In this document: in pieces, positions 63,821-64,000 of the stretch
How positions within the stretch are numbered: position 1 is the stretch's first letter
Layout of the letters: each line of letters opens with the position of its first letter
NCBI GenBank assembly: GCA_963843575.1
Contig: CAWJKZ010000025.1
Span: 32,001 to 96,000 of the forward strand
Length of the DNA: 64,000 bases
Source: an uncultured Acidobacteriota bacterium
GTDB lineage: Bacteria; Acidobacteriota; UBA6911
Direction of reading: 5' to 3'
Notes under the pieces: model-generated
Told to the model about the DNA's origin: nothing
The model's database searches: none
What the model saw: the letters and a program-made list of their open reading frames with translations, nothing else
Translations under genes and position numbers: made by a program

Positions 63821-64000
63821 ATGAGAATTCGGCTCCTGCCAGGCAATCTGACCGATCCGGCCCGCCTGCAGCCGCTCACCACTTTCATCATCAACGATTT
63901 CCTCGCCGTCGACGGCGGGAGCGTGGGGATTGCGCTCGGGCTCGAGGCGCAGCGCGCGCTACGTCACGTCGTGGTCACGCACGCGCACGTCGACCACATC
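63821..64000 (+). CDS. Metallo-beta-lactamase-fold 3',5'-cyclic-nucleotide phosphodiesterase (class II-like), 3' truncated by window end
   Basis: Manual translation MRIRLLPGNL...TTFIINDFLAVDGGS...VVVTHAHVDHI (HxHxDH), 9 nt after the cyclase stop. Confidence 0.75.
   Translation, partial: MRIRLLPGNLTDPARLQPLTTFIINDFLAVDGGSVGIALGLEAQRALRHVVVTHAHVDHI

Overview
GC-rich bacterial chromosomal window, probably Acidobacteriota (inferred from an ADOP-type duplicated permease and a typical small secreted 'IPFQF..LPAGTY' protein). It holds about 45 coding regions: carbohydrate-active and secreted enzymes, typA, pip, a HgdC/BadF-type activase pair, a tartrate dehydrogenase with a DASS transporter, an actinobacterial-style FhaA/PP2C/kinase/SEDS-PBP/FHA cluster, a PIN-PhoH gene, a two-gene methionine operon, rnz, an amino-sugar nucleotide operon with tandem phosphohexomutases, a PP2C/giant kinase/outer-membrane barrel operon, ilvN-ilvB, and an FHA-cyclase plus phosphodiesterase pair. 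No rRNA, tRNA, CRISPR array or intact transposase was seen. The most interesting signal is upstream of the methionine operon: a promoter, an RBS, a 20-aa leader peptide with four alternating Met codons (MSDVTRFTMRMRMYMPVPGV), an antiterminator and a terminator. This is a candidate ribosome-mediated methionine attenuator controlling a plant-type cystathionine gamma-synthase. A matching Leu/Ile/Val attenuator upstream of ilvN-ilvB shows the organism uses this mechanism. Intergenic DNA carries two REP-like families, a REP-targeting MITE with a 6-bp target duplication, and a second MITE family. Four genes carry small indels that look like long-read assembly errors. All calls come from reading the sequence and remembered motifs; no database searches were run.
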